Part shown: positions 25,336 to 38,378 of the stretch, piece by piece
How positions within the stretch are numbered: position 1 is the stretch's first letter
How the letters are laid out: every line of letters begins with the position of its first letter
Assembly: GCA_964016885.1 (NCBI GenBank)
Contig: OZ024742.1
Span: 75,516,001-75,580,000, forward strand
Direction of reading: 5' to 3'
Source: Eledone cirrhosa
Lineage: Eukaryota
DNA length: 64,000 nt
Notes under the pieces: generated by a model
The model's input: only the letters and a program-made list of their open reading frames with translations
Told to the model about the DNA's origin: nothing
Databases searched by the model: none
Made by a program: the position numbers and the translations under genes

Positions 25336-26061
25336 CGGAAAAATAACAACACAAAACACTGTTCCACCTAACCCCTCCCCACCTAAAACAAATACAAAAG
25401 CAACCACAACAAAGCGCCAAAATATACCCCTCCCCAACAACACGGAAGAGGACTCCGTATCAACGTCACACAGTGACGACGAGGGAGAACCCTTTCAACA
25501 GGTGAAAAGGAAAAAAAAAGGCACCACATTAATAAAAATGCCACAAACACACAACCACCAGCACAAACAGAACAAACATCACAAATAAAAAAACCCACCC
25601 CTTCCCAAAACATAACACGTACTACAAAACGCAAATACGCACAAGAACAACAAACAAAAACAAACACAACACAACAAAAACTCTATACATACATTAACAA
25701 GAACAATAAAACGTTGATGAAAGCGATAGAAAATAACCCTTCGGTGGAAACCGAAGGGATCACTTTCACCTACGCAGCGAACAAACCGCACCTAATGATG
25801 ATTAGGGTCCCAACGGAAACCTATGTAACTTTGAAAAAGAACCATCCAATGCATGTGGGGACCAACTGCACCAAACCACATAACAGCGTCCTATTGAGAT
25901 GTTTCCCCACCCCCACACCAGGCACCTACACCCCACCAAACACCATAATCCCACCACACACTGATGTCCTCACCCCACCACAAACCACCACCCCACCAAA
26001 CAACCCTTCCAACACCCCCATGAAAATTGTGCAGCCTGGTCCCCAGGAGACGAAGAGGTAA
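24293..26061 (+). pseudogene. Tx1 ORF1 (gag-like, zinc knuckle), frameshifted, with a (CAA)n polyQ tract
   Basis: CYHCLSRGH....C knuckle near 25185-25225; pieces in different frames (24663-25235, 25184-25588, 25714-26061). Confidence 0.7.
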
Positions 26062-26103
26062 GTAATTTCCTTTCCTCTTCCTTTTTACCTCTTCAGCACC
26101 AAC

Positions 26104-29100
26104 ATGGCCAATATAAGAGTTGGATGTGTGAATGCACGCGGCTTGGGGATGTCCTGGAAACAGGCCAAACTCTTAAATGACCTCAGGTCGCGCAGAGTGG
26201 ATGTAATGGTTATTTGCGAGTCCAGGATCAGCAGCGAGCGCCAACTGGCCCCCATCTTCGACGACTTTGAGATCTACGCATCTCTCTGTCAGCCGAGGGG
26301 TGGGGGTGGGGTTGTCGTTCTGCTGCGAAAACACCTGGGTCTTGCCACACAAAAGGTACACCTGGACCCGGAGGGTCGACTGGTGGTTTTAGACGTCGGC
26401 AGTGGTGAAGGTGGAGCGTTCAGGCTGGTGGCAGCGTATGCCCCATCTGGGACACCGCGACCGGACTTCTTTCGACGCCTGGAGAATTTCCTGGGAACGT
26501 CTCGCTCCTTGCTTTTAGTGGGGGACTGGAATGGTATCCTGGATGCACGTTGGGACTATGTACGGGCATGTCCCGATAGAGGGGGGTGTAACAGCCTCAA
26601 ACGATTAATCGGCCGATTTGATCTGGCCGATAGATATCGACTAGATTTTCCGACTGTGCCACGGTGGACGTGGAGTAATCGCAGCGGAACATCTAGGTCG
26701 TACCTAGATAGGTTCCTAGTTAGAAATAAGGATAGGGTCATATTAAGCTGTCCACAAATGTTCATGGTTGACTATTCGGATCACAAGATGGTGACCGGAG
26801 TGGTCAACCTTGATAGAACTCATAGACAGGGACCCGGTTACTGGAAGCTAAACTTGTCTTTACCGACAAACAAAACTTACAGTAAGCGGTTTAGCACACT
26901 AGTTAAGCAGCGTTTGACGGGGGCAATTGTCAACAACAGGTGGTGGGGCTCTCTCTCGAGAGAAATTAGAATAAAATCGACAGGTTTTAGTCGGGAATTA
27001 GCATCAGATACGAATAGAACTGAAAGGGAATTAACAAATAGAGTAGAAGAGGCGATTAGGAGTGGCAACGTGGCCGGCGTGCTGGCGTCAAGAACGGCCC
27101 TAGACCAGTTCTTTGATGCGAAGCACGAGGGCTGCGTTGTCAGGAGTAAAATACGTGCTCTGGGTAACGAGGGAGCCAAAGCTGTTACCTGGGCCCGAGT
27201 GACAGAGGCAAAAAGTGGAAACAAGTCCACGATTCGGTCTTTGAAGGACCAGGATGGACGCGTGATCCTTGAACCTGTGCGGATGAGCACGGCCTTTCAA
27301 CGGCGCTTTGCACGACTGCTCGGGAGGGACGGCGGGCCGGCTGGGGCCATGGATTTCGGTCCATACCTCGACGGTCTGGCGCGCCTCTCGGACGGGGAGG
27401 CGAAGTCCTGCGAGAGGCCGATTTCAGCCGCTGAAATAGGGGAAGTGCTGAGCCAATGCGGCAAACGCAAATCTCCGGGTCTCGATGGTCTACCATACGA
27501 ACTTTATGTAGCGATGCCGGGCTTGTTCTCCGGTCTTCTCGAGGCGGTCTACTAACACTGGCAACAGAACGGGAGAATTCCCAGTTCTGTGACCAAGGGC
27601 GTAGTCACGCTGGTGAGGAAGGACGAGAACAAGGGGGATGACATAGCTAACTTCAGGCCCATAACTCTGCTAAACACAGAGTTAAAGATTTTGGCCAAGG
27701 TGTTAGCGAACAGGTTGGCGCTTGTCGTCGGGAACATGGTGGGAGAAGCGCAGACATGCGCAATCCCGTCCAGGTCCATACACGACAACCTCCACCTCAT
27801 GCGATACATCGTAGAGAGGGTAGGGAACGAACCCGGCTTTGGTGGGGCCCCGATCAACTTGGATCAATCTAAAGCGTTCGATAGGGTTGACCATCGGTAC
27901 CTGGATGCGGTGCTCGCGGCGGCAGGCTTCGGACCCGTTTTCAGGGGCTGGATTGCTGCAATGCACAGCAGCAACACCGCTCGAGGGTCAAGGTGAACGG
28001 CTACCTCTCGGAGCCGTTCCAAATGCGCGATCTATTCCACAGGGATGCTCTCTCTCCTCCCTCCCGTATGTGCTGGCTCTCGAGCCACTACTGCGGAAGC
28101 TGGAGCTGTTGCAGGGCATCCCCTTGGAACCGGGATTGCGGAAATCGGTGTCGGCCTACGCCGATGACGTGACAGTAATGGTGTCGTGCGCCTCGGAATT
28201 CGGGCAGATCGGCACCTTACTGGAGGAATATGAAAGGTTCACAGGAGCCAAGCTGAACCGGGACAAGTCCGTCGGTTTGCAACTCGGGAAGTGGAGGGGC
28301 AAAACGATGCCCTCCGACGGCATCGTCGGAAGCTGGACGGAGGGACCGGTGAAGCTGCTCGGGGTCTGGTTCGGACCGGACCTCCCGGTGGAGAAAAACT
28401 GGGACGAGGTAACGGGCAAGGTGTTTGCACTCGCCCAGAAGTGGGCCGAGTGCAAACTATCCCTGAAAGGTCGAGCGGAGGTGGCGAACGCTTATATAGC
28501 GTCCGTCATCTACTACCTCTTGACCGTCGTGCCTTGCCCAGAGAAAACATTCGCCAAAATGGAGCGCGCGCTCTTCCGATTTCTTTGAAGAAGCGGGCTC
28601 CTTTGGTGAGAAGATCCATCTGCTGTCAACACCCTTCGAACGGAGGGCTGGGGATGCCGTGGCTGACGATGCGTAGATACGCATTAAGGCTACGGCACCT
28701 ACAGGTATTCCTCACCGGTCAGCCGGTGTGGGCCCTGTTCGTGAGGCGAGCCTTTCCGAGACTCGTCTCACTCACCGAGCTGCAATCCTGGGTCAAGCAA
28801 AGACCGAGAAAAGTGGGCGACTGGCACATTGAATGTGCCCAGGCGCTCATGGACCTCTGGCAAGCGGATCCGGCAATCAGTGAAGACTCAACCTCAACAT
28901 TCTATAGAGGGTTGGTGCGCAGTAAGTGCGACGACGCTCTCGGAGAGGCTCTGGGCATGGAGGAAGACGAGCTGACCAGTCTGTTCGGTAGGACGTTTGG
29001 CACGGGACTGATGGACAACTTCCAAAATTCCCTGGCTTGGCAATGTTACCGAGGAGCTCTACCCGTTCGGGACAAGCTCTACAGACACGGGCGCCCGGGT

Positions 29101-29538
29101 AGGGACCCCTCGAAGAAGATCTGTCCAAGATGCGTGCGTGACGAGGAAACCGTCGCACACGCATTCGTACACTGCCCGGGCGTTGCTGACCTGTGGGGCT
29201 ATGTAGAACGACTACTGTCGCGGGTGGGACCAATCCGGTTGACCACCGAGAACATTGTCACAATCAAACCGCCTCTCCCTTTCAAAAACGAAAGAGAGGC
29301 GGTTTTCATCTGTGTAATAGCCATGGCGAAAGAAGTTATATGGTGGACAAGGTTGAAAGGGCTGAGGTCAGACACCTTTCTCTCCGGCCAACAACTGGTC
29401 TTTTTTTTCAAGTACCACTTTAGAAGAAGGATCAGAATGGAGAGAGAGATGCTCTGCCCCAGCAAGTTTTATGAAAGATGGGTGAAAGTAGCGAGAATGG
29501 CCCGAGTGAATGGGCCTTCTCTCTATATCAGCCTGTAG
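26104..29538 (+). pseudogene. Tx1 ORF2 (apurinic-type endonuclease, reverse transcriptase, C-terminal Cys motif) with one stop and about 2 frameshifts
   Basis: NARGL, GDWN, YLDRF, SDH, KSPGLDG, FRPITLLN, KAFDRV, QGCSLS, AYADD, CPRC..ETVAH...C. Confidence 0.92.
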
Positions 29539-30083
29539 TTGAGAGAGGAGAAGAATGAGAAGAGGAAGGAAGCACCCGCTCTTTGTGCTCTGAAGAGGAG
29601 GGTTGCACATTTTTTCGGGGGTGTGTGCGACCCATGTCAACGCCCCTCCCTATTGAGGACATCGATTGTTAAATTTAATTTGTTATATGTTTTTTACACG
29701 TCTTTTTAAATGTATGTAAACTCCCCCCTTTGTATTTGTCCCAATCTTTGATGCCCTGGTGGCAAATAAGTAGAAATATATATCAATTAACACAAAATTC
29801 TTCTCCTCTCTATATCGACTACACGGTACTCTTTCCCACCCCCTCTTTATATCTACCTCACGGAACTCTCTTTCCATCCCCCACTCTATATCAATTACCA
29901 TCAAACTCTCCCCCTCTCTATATCTATACCTATCTCTCCACCTATCTCTACATATGTACATAAATTGTAGCGCATATACAAATAAATGTGTTTTGGTAGT
30001 TTGGGGAGGAAAATATAATTATCGATGGGACAATGGTCTCCCTGCACCCCACCCAGTTTCACTGCCCCTGTATATTTTTTATA

Positions 30084-30335
30084 CAGTGTACCCTGGCATT
30101 CGCAGTCCCGATTATTCGCGGAATTTTCCTTAGAACCTAACAAATAATTGTTCGTGGTTACCACGATTCGTAAATATATTCAGCCAATTTTTATGACTTA
30201 TTTCAAACGTTAAATCATTAATAACAATATACTGTATTTGTCGATTTTACGTTTTTTTAATGTTTACAGTCATTTTTATGGACTACGTTCAATATTCGCG
30301 AGGATTACGTTCCTAGAGGACCCGGGGGACAACTG
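30084..30335. mobile_element. Tc1/mariner (Tigger/pogo-like) MITE
   Basis: TA-flanked imperfect TIRs cagtgtaccc / ggggacaactg. Confidence 0.5.
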
Positions 30336-30731
30336 TATATATAAGTGAATTCTATATTTGAAAATATACACTACAGATAAATGCAATAATAATTGATAAC
30401 GACAATAATAGACAATTTAAGCGTGAATCTCTAGGGGTAAACAGCGTTTGGTTGTCTAACGAGGCATATGAGTTAGTTTCTTATTATTATTGCAAAATAT
30501 GTCGATGATTGAGTTGAGTTGCATATATAACGATGGCGCTGTTGCTCCTTCAAAATAGACTATTAGTATTTCGGAGTCTCCGATCAATTGCAACCATTTG
30601 AGGTATATAAGTTGTCGGAGCCTTTCCTATATATTAATGAGATAACGTATACTCCTTAATACTTCTTCAAGGTCAACATTTATGGAAATGTAAATACACA
30701 CACTAACCCCTCCATACACACACAGACACAT

Positions 30732-30774
<43 letters not shown>

Positions 30775-30866
30775 CAGGGTGTCCCAAAAATGAATACATA
30801 ATTTGATTACCTGTACAAGCAATATTTATTAGAATGCCGTTGAAGTGTGTATACACTCTTTTGACA

Positions 30867-30872
<6 letters not shown>
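30775..30872. mobile_element. Short mariner-type MITE remnant
   Basis: ta-cagggtgtcccaaaaatgaatac ... gtatacactcttttgacaacctc imperfect TIRs. Confidence 0.45.
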
Positions 30873-30958
<86 letters not shown>

Positions 30959-32262
30959 GTAGAAAACTGGTGGGTTATATCCGTAGTAGTAGAGCACTCA
31001 GTCCATGAGAGGAATTTGTAGAAGTAGTTTCAAAACAGTTAGTTCACCATTACGAGAACAATTGTTAGACGTTATTCGGATCATCGGCTGGTTTTAAATG
31101 AGGTGGATGGAAAAGGAAAAGCAACTTTACGAATACGCATGTGCTGAAACTTTTCCCGGGGGAGGGAAACCCACTATAGATCGATGTGAGGGAGATAACT
31201 GTGGATGCTCGGAATAAATTATTCGTGTTATTCAAAATATTATAGATGGTTCATGTTTGTCAATTTGTAGTTTTGTAAGTATGTAATAGGTGTTTCTAGA
31301 CAACATAGGTGGACAACGTGAAAAAGCTTCATTTCTTGAATTTAGACAAGTACTATTACGAAATCGTCTGAGGATATTGACTCTTTCTTGGATATGTATG
31401 TATAAATCAAGTATGTGCTTTTTGAGATGTATAAGCATGTCCATCTGCATGCCCATGCGTGGATACATGTATGTATGTGTATGCATGTATGTATGAGTAT
31501 GCATAACATGCATGTGTGTGTATATATATGTACATGTCTGTGTAAGTATATGCATATGTATGTGTAGATTTTCCGTTTTTTCATATGTATATATGTGCAC
31601 ACATATGTATTGTTCCAAGTATATACGTCTTAAGTACGCGTATATATGCTTTCCTGAGTACAATTTTGTGTGTGTATGTATATTTATGAAAAATACTTTT
31701 GAAATAATTTTTTTTGAGAGGCTCTTTCAAGCATTTTAAAAAATATTCTTTTTAAAGGTTTCCTTTTTAAATGTGTATTTTTTTAATGTATTTTGAAAGT
31801 ATGTTTTTCTTAAACGTTTCTTTTGAAATGTTTTTTCAATTAAAAAAAAATTCTTTCTATCTATTCGCTGGACATTTAATATTTACTGTGATTGTCGTAT
31901 ATAATACAGTGCGGGTGTGTATGTGATTGTTGTGTGTGTATACGTGCCCATATGTATCACGCCTGCGCGAAAACATGGATATGTGTGTGGGCGACTACAG
32001 GCCGGGAAGGCTGCGGCAGGGCGCGAGCGTTTCAATCATACAACTCCTTACCTCCTACAGTAGTAATTCCGTTAAAAGAAACAACTTTCATTGACAGGTG
32101 ACATATGAAAGGAACCAGATAAATGACGGCCATGAGTGGTCAGAAATACCGATGACGTGTACAATTCTTGACCACTCATCGACAGACAACAGCAGGATAC
32201 AAACTGGCGAGTCAAGGCCGCGGGAGTAACTGGATATTTGGAAACTCTGCTTCGAAGAATCG

Positions 32263-32359
32263 AGACGTATCTGAAGATCTTGCGATTTCAGAGTCAGGTT
32301 CGATCATCGCATGGAACGTGCCTCGAACTGGTCACCAGAGAAACGATTGTAATATGTCT
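32263..32359 (+). ncRNA. Type I hammerhead ribozyme with expanded stem II, inside an ORF-less cassette (about 31960-32485)
   Basis: agacgtat-CTGAAGA-tct...aga-GAAA-cgattg-TA-atatgtct; 8-bp stem I; followed by aataaa. Confidence 0.8.
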
Positions 32360-32499
32360 AATAAATTTTAATTTGTCGCACCGCTGAATCTCCGTTTCTT
32401 ATGTGATATTATACTCTGCTCTGTAAGAGCATCGAGTACTCAAACGGCCTACCGCATACGGACGCTTTAAGCATCCCACCCCAAATATATATATATATA

Positions 32500-32855
32500 T
32501 GACGTATTATCTTCATTTTTTCCGTTCATTGCCAGAGAACGTCTCTATGAACCACCTAAGAGAACATTAGTCTACGACTTCTTTTATACCATAAACGTGG
32601 TCCTGTCTTTACGTGTAATTGTATTTCACCGCTCCAAATAATGACGTAATATATTCGTTTTTTTCCCGTTCTTTGCCAGGGAACGTTTCTACGAACCAAA
32701 GTATCGTCTTCCTGTCTTCCTCCGGTTGCAACGTTTTTTGAAATATCCACTTCTGCGTTTACAGATTGACTTTGTTAGTTTCAGAAGATCCCGGTAAGGT
32801 TGAAAGCAGCGATTCTTTGCTTAAACTTTAATCTGTTATTTTAATAAATAAATAT
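32500..32855 (+). mobile_element. Solo pLTR fragment of the 13400-16725 PLE family
   Basis: Reverse-complement match to about 13480-13835. Confidence 0.8.
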
Positions 32856-33263
32856 ATATATATATACTACTTTAGGTACCCGTTTACGTGTGTTGTATTG
32901 AAGCGAATAACTATGTGTATACTATGGGAGTGTATTTTACATTACCTATTGAGTACGCTGAGATGCAACCCCCGGTCCTAGCATTGATACATAAGCTGGG
33001 TCCGTCAACTTCTTCTTATTATTATTCTTATTATATAATATATTATATATATATATAATACATATATATATATATATATATATAATATTTTATAATATAT
33101 ATGTATATATACTATATATTATATACACATAATATATATTATATGTAAAAATAGAATTCTATTTCTCGCCCTATCACAACAGATTCCTAAATGTAAGTAT
33201 GCACACGTACACACACATATATATAACCCATACGTACATATTTATATGTATATATACGTGTGA

Positions 33264-33298
<35 letters not shown>

Positions 33299-33319
33299 TA
33301 TATATATATATATATATGC

Positions 33320-33466
<147 letters not shown>

Positions 33467-33550
33467 TGTGCTTATGTCCATATGATATATATATATATGA
33501 TATATATTATAATAAGTATTATAATATATATATAGTATACATTATAATAT

Positions 33551-33935
33551 GTGGATTGGCAGTATCGGTAGAGGGTCGGACGCCATGCTTTGACGCATAG
33601 AGTTACGGCCCTTGCCATTCTGAGTTCAAATCCCGCCGAGGTTAAATTTGCCTTTCATCCTTACGGGGTCGATAAAATAAAGTACCAGTAATGTACTGGG
33701 TATTTGCTGGCCTTGTGCCAAAAATAGAAAAAATATAATATATATGGGCGGTGGATTGGCAGTATCGTTAGAGGGTCGGACGCCATGATTTGACGCATAG
33801 AGTTAAGGCCTTGGCCATTCTGTGTTAAAATCCCACCGAGATTAACTTTGCTTTTTATCCGTACGGGGTCAATAAATTAAAGTACCAGTAATGCACTGAG
33901 TATTTGCTGGCCTTGTGCCAAAATTAGATACAATT
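33551..33935 (+). mobile_element. Two head-to-tail tRNA-derived SINEs (33551-33730, 33746-33935)
   Basis: A box tggcagtatcgg, B box gttcaaatcc, central gcctttcatccttacggggtcgataaaataaagtacc (resembles the MetaSINE domain, from memory), tail gctggccttgtgcc. Confidence 0.85.
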
Positions 33936-34010
33936 ATAATATATATGTATTATAATATATATTATAATATATATGTATTATAATATATATTATATATATC
34001 ATATATATTA

Positions 34011-34042
<32 letters not shown>

Positions 34043-34046
<4 letters not shown>

Positions 34047-34428
34047 GTTTCTACTTTTGGCACAAGGCCAACAATCAACCAGTGCATTACTGGTACTTTA
34101 TTTTATCGACCCTGTAAGGATGAAAGGCAAAGTAACCTCGGCAGGATTTGAACTCAGAATAGCAAGGGCCGTAACCCTATGCGACAAATCATGGCGTCCG
34201 ACCCTCTACCGATACTGCCATCCAATATATAATACACTATAATTGTCTCTACTTTAGGCACAAGGCCAGCAATTACCCAGTGCATTACTGGTACTTTATT
34301 TTATCGACCCCGTAAGGATGAAAGGCAAAGTCAACCTCGGCGGGATCTGAACTCAGATCGTAAAGGGACGTAACTATGCTGGAAAGCATGACGTCCGACC
34401 CTCTACTGATACTGCCAATCCACCGCCC
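34043..34428 (-). mobile_element. Two head-to-tail SINEs of the same family on the minus strand (34043-34223, 34240-34428)
   Basis: Reverse complement of the 33551 SINE. Confidence 0.85.
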
Positions 34429-36204
34429 ATATATATAATACATTATAATATATATTATATATATATGATATATATTATATATTCATATGATATATATAAT
34501 AATACATATTATAATATATATTATATACATATATATGATATATATTTTAGTAAATGTATATATGTATCGTTAGAAGAGGTCTAGAAATTTTTTATTCGTG
34601 TCGAATCATCGGGACATACCTGATGAATCATTCATACTATTGTAACTGTTCTAGTCCTGTAGAAGTCATTTCTATAGATATAATAAAGATGTCTGTACTC
34701 TCCCAATGTACTAAGTCCTTTTTTTAACCATGGTTGCCCATCGACAGCACTGAGGAATCTACATATATATACACACAGTATGTAGATTCTCGAGTGCTGA
34801 CGAGAATATGTCTTCCGGCCCCACGAGCAGAAGGACGAATTTTTCCTGAGGGTTTTCATCTGAAGATACCGTTCTTATAACAACAACAAATGCGTGAATT
34901 ACATGTTGATTGCATGGGAAAAACGTTGAAATAATTATAATGAATAAACGATTTTTGTAACATCTGCATCTCTCTTAATGTGATTAACCTGAATCTCCAT
35001 CGTAACTATAAACTACAAATGTTGAGACTTTCTCCTGCTTGATCCTGTTTTCAACAAAACTGTCTCTTCTATATATGTACATATATATGTATGTGCGCGT
35101 GTAAAGCTGTGTGTGTTTAAAACAATGATTACGATGAATTTGTATATATATAGATATTCCAACTAAATGATATACGTGATAGAATGTTTTAAAAGTAGTA
35201 TTCCTTAAAAATATCACATGAAATCAGTTTCTATGAATGTGAAACCATTATATAATTTGTTGACCCCAGTGTATACATATATATACGTTTTTTTGTGTAT
35301 GCGCCTGTGATTTTTGTGTATTGTGTGTGTGTGTGCGCGAGTGTGCCTGTTTGTATTTGTGCACACAAGCGTATGCCTGAGTATTGAACGTTGAATTACA
35401 CGTATTGTCCACTATGCTGGTTTCCGCGGTTGATATATTCTATACCTTTTCCTTGAGAAGGCCTAACAGGATATGATGCTGTTGTAGAAAATGCCTCCTT
35501 AAGGTGCTGCCTAGCATAACGAAACCATATAATTGCATAGCAACTTCTTCAATTACTCAAACATGCACATAGAAACAAAGACATAACCTACATGCACACA
35601 ACACCATTTTAACCCGTATATATACAACATCGAAAGGTGTGAAGTAATTTAGTATTTCGTAACGTGGGTGATATATTTATTTAAACCGACGAGATATATT
35701 ACTGGTTCTCATTTTCTCGTTCACTGTATGATGAAACACAACATTTCCTCTTGGGTGTGTTAAAGTCACTGTGAATGAAACATCATTATATAGGTTTGAA
35801 TGAGAACTACACCTCAATAGTCTTATACATACTCTTAGCTTTCTGGCATCTACTCTCGTGTTAAGCAGCAGCAGCTATGCTTGTAAAATTAATTTACAAT
35901 TCCTTAACCCTTAACCAAATGTCACTGATAAAATGTAAGAAAATAAATAGCTTTAATCTAAACTGATGTGATAAGGGAATAACATTCTTGCTGCAGCTTT
36001 CAATGATGATAGACTCATTCTCTAATTAGTTTTTAGATTTAATTTCCCTTGCCTCTTCTACGCTTTGTGTCAATTTCAAATCTCGTAATAAAAATACACA
36101 CACGCTCACACACACTCTTGCTCACTCTCTCTCTCTCCCCCTCTCTCTCTCTAGCTCACACACACACACACATATATATATATATACATACATATAATAT
36201 ATAT

Positions 36205-36706
36205 CATTGTTTCCCAAAGTGGGTGGTACCCCCCCCCCCTCGGGGGCGGTGCATTGATATCGGGTGGAGGTGGTTGTTGCGACAGTGTAGTATTAAAAAT
36301 AAGAAAAAAACAAGCTATTTATTGTTTAAATTTTAAACAATTTTATTTTTTACAAATATATTGAATATGTATATTAAGCATTTATATAGACATCTATAGT
36401 AAAGACATATAGACATGTATAATAAAGACCTCTATGAGACTGTGTAGATTCTACACAATCTCATAGATGTCTTTATTCTTGTTGGCAAAATCAGATTCTT
36501 TTTACATCTATGTTACTAATGATAAACTAACATCATCACGATCATTGTTTAATGCCCACTTTCTCTGCTAGTAAGTTTTGGATGTGTCATCACAGACTGA
36601 TGGTGGTGGTGGTGGTGGTGGTGGCGGTGGTGGTGCGGGGGGGGGGGGGGGGGGGGTATTACGTGGCCGTGAGGGGGGCGGTAGCCCCAAAGGTTGGAGA
36701 ACCTCT
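36205..36706. mobile_element. hAT (Charlie-like) MITE
   Basis: Ends cattgtttcccaaagtggg / ccaaaggttggagaacctctg; atatatat on both flanks is compatible with an 8-bp TSD. Confidence 0.5.
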
Positions 36707-36820
36707 GATATATATGTATAAATGTATAAGTACATATATATATAATTTTAATAATTCTAAATAGTCAGTCTTGTTACACGCCTGTTTGTCACAGGATCAT
36801 CAGACAAGCACTATATATAT

Positions 36821-37143
36821 ATATAAGATCAAAAGATGGTTAAAAGAGTTACATGCGCATTTCAAAAACAAATATCATCATGCGATGACATTTGCGTTTT
36901 CCTCAGATAAAATAGGGAGACATGATATGAAGGTTAAAAAACACTTGTGAATAGTGCAGTTTTAAATCAACATATGATATGTTGATTTAAAACTGCACTA
37001 TTCACAAGTGTTTTTTAACCTTCATATCATGTCTCCTATTTTATCTGACGAAAACGCAAATGTCATCGCATGATGATATTTGTTTTTGAAATGCGCATAA
37101 TAAAATACATAGAACTCTTTTAACCATCTTTTGATCTTATATA
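36821..37143. repeat. Near-perfect palindrome of about 320 bp (fold-back HHR cassette) centred near 36976
   Basis: Arms are reverse complements apart from a small indel. Confidence 0.9.
37040..37104 (+). ncRNA. Type I hammerhead ribozyme
   Basis: tttat-CTGACGA-16-bp stem II with gcat loop-GAAA-tgcgca-TA-ataaa; the mirror copy at 36853-36912 lacks the 3' strand of stem I. Confidence 0.85.
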
Positions 37144-37235
37144 TTATATTATTTATACTCCAGTCCTACAAACTGTAGAGTGCTACTTATCCGATATCTG
37201 CATTGCTTTATTGTACTACAATAAACTCACCTCCT

Positions 37236-37304
<69 letters not shown>

Positions 37305-37550
37305 AGTGAGGTCTTTTTACAAAATGAAAAATAACCTAGGTGTTCTATACGAATGAAAGTATAAGGAAATCAAAAATGCGACTGCAGTCTTATTTTTAAA
37401 AACCAACCTGATGTGAGAAAACAACAGACGCTCCATCTCAACTCTACTTTTGAAAAACAGAAGAACAGCGAAAACGGTAAAGGAACCAAATAAATAAATA
37501 TATTTTTTTAAAAATAAGACTCCAGTTGCATTTTCGATTTCATCTTCTTT

Positions 37551-37591
<41 letters not shown>

Positions 37592-37640
37592 CATACACAC
37601 GCACACACACATATATATATATATATATAAATATACACAC

Positions 37641-37673
<33 letters not shown>

Positions 37674-37868
37674 GATATATATACATATATATACACATGT
37701 ATACATATATGTATAAATATATATAAGTATATATATATATATATAAACAATTAAGTTAAACAAGTCATACAAAAGTGAGTTACAAACGAAACGAAATTTA
37801 ATTTCGTTTCGTTATTTGTTTTTATATATATATATATATGCATATATATATGTATGTATATATATGTT

Positions 37869-37921
<53 letters not shown>

Positions 37922-37966
37922 ATATATATATATATATACATATATATATTTACATATATATTCATA

Positions 37967-38041
<75 letters not shown>

Positions 38042-38062
38042 CAAAAGATAACCTGTTATCCC

Positions 38063-38126
<64 letters not shown>

Positions 38127-38320
38127 TCAGGTTTGAGGTTCACCACTGGATAGAGCTGGTCTATTCCGTATGGTCAATCGTAATGCAATAATATAGAGAG
38201 TACTCAACGTAAAGCAGTTCAACCGTCTTTGTTTTTGTAGTTGGTGGTGCTATTACGGAGTTAAATATTATAATGAAATGACAGGAGGCTGGATTTGTGT
38301 AAATCCTTGAAAGGTTTATT

Positions 38321-38378
38321 ATACTATGATCATTTCAATGACCGGGTTCCGTATGAATCCGGTGATATCATCAGGTAT
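38321..38378 (-). ncRNA. Type I hammerhead ribozyme
   Basis: Reverse complement of 41449-41506. Confidence 0.85.

Larger units (their letters stand above)
24097..29775 (+). mobile_element. Near full-length Tx1/L1-clade non-LTR retrotransposon
   Basis: ORF1 with CCHC knuckle, ORF2 with APE-RT-Zn; 3' motif ccctggtggcaaataag shared with other Tx1 copies. Confidence 0.9.

Noticed and set aside
30555-30675. Hammerhead-like pieces on the minus strand (TTGAAGA ... ctcc-GAAA-tactaa-TA-gtc)
   Set aside because: Core spacing and stem II do not fit, and stem III is not palindromic
33551-33640. tRNA gene (A and B boxes present)
   Set aside because: No cloverleaf; it is the head of a multi-copy SINE
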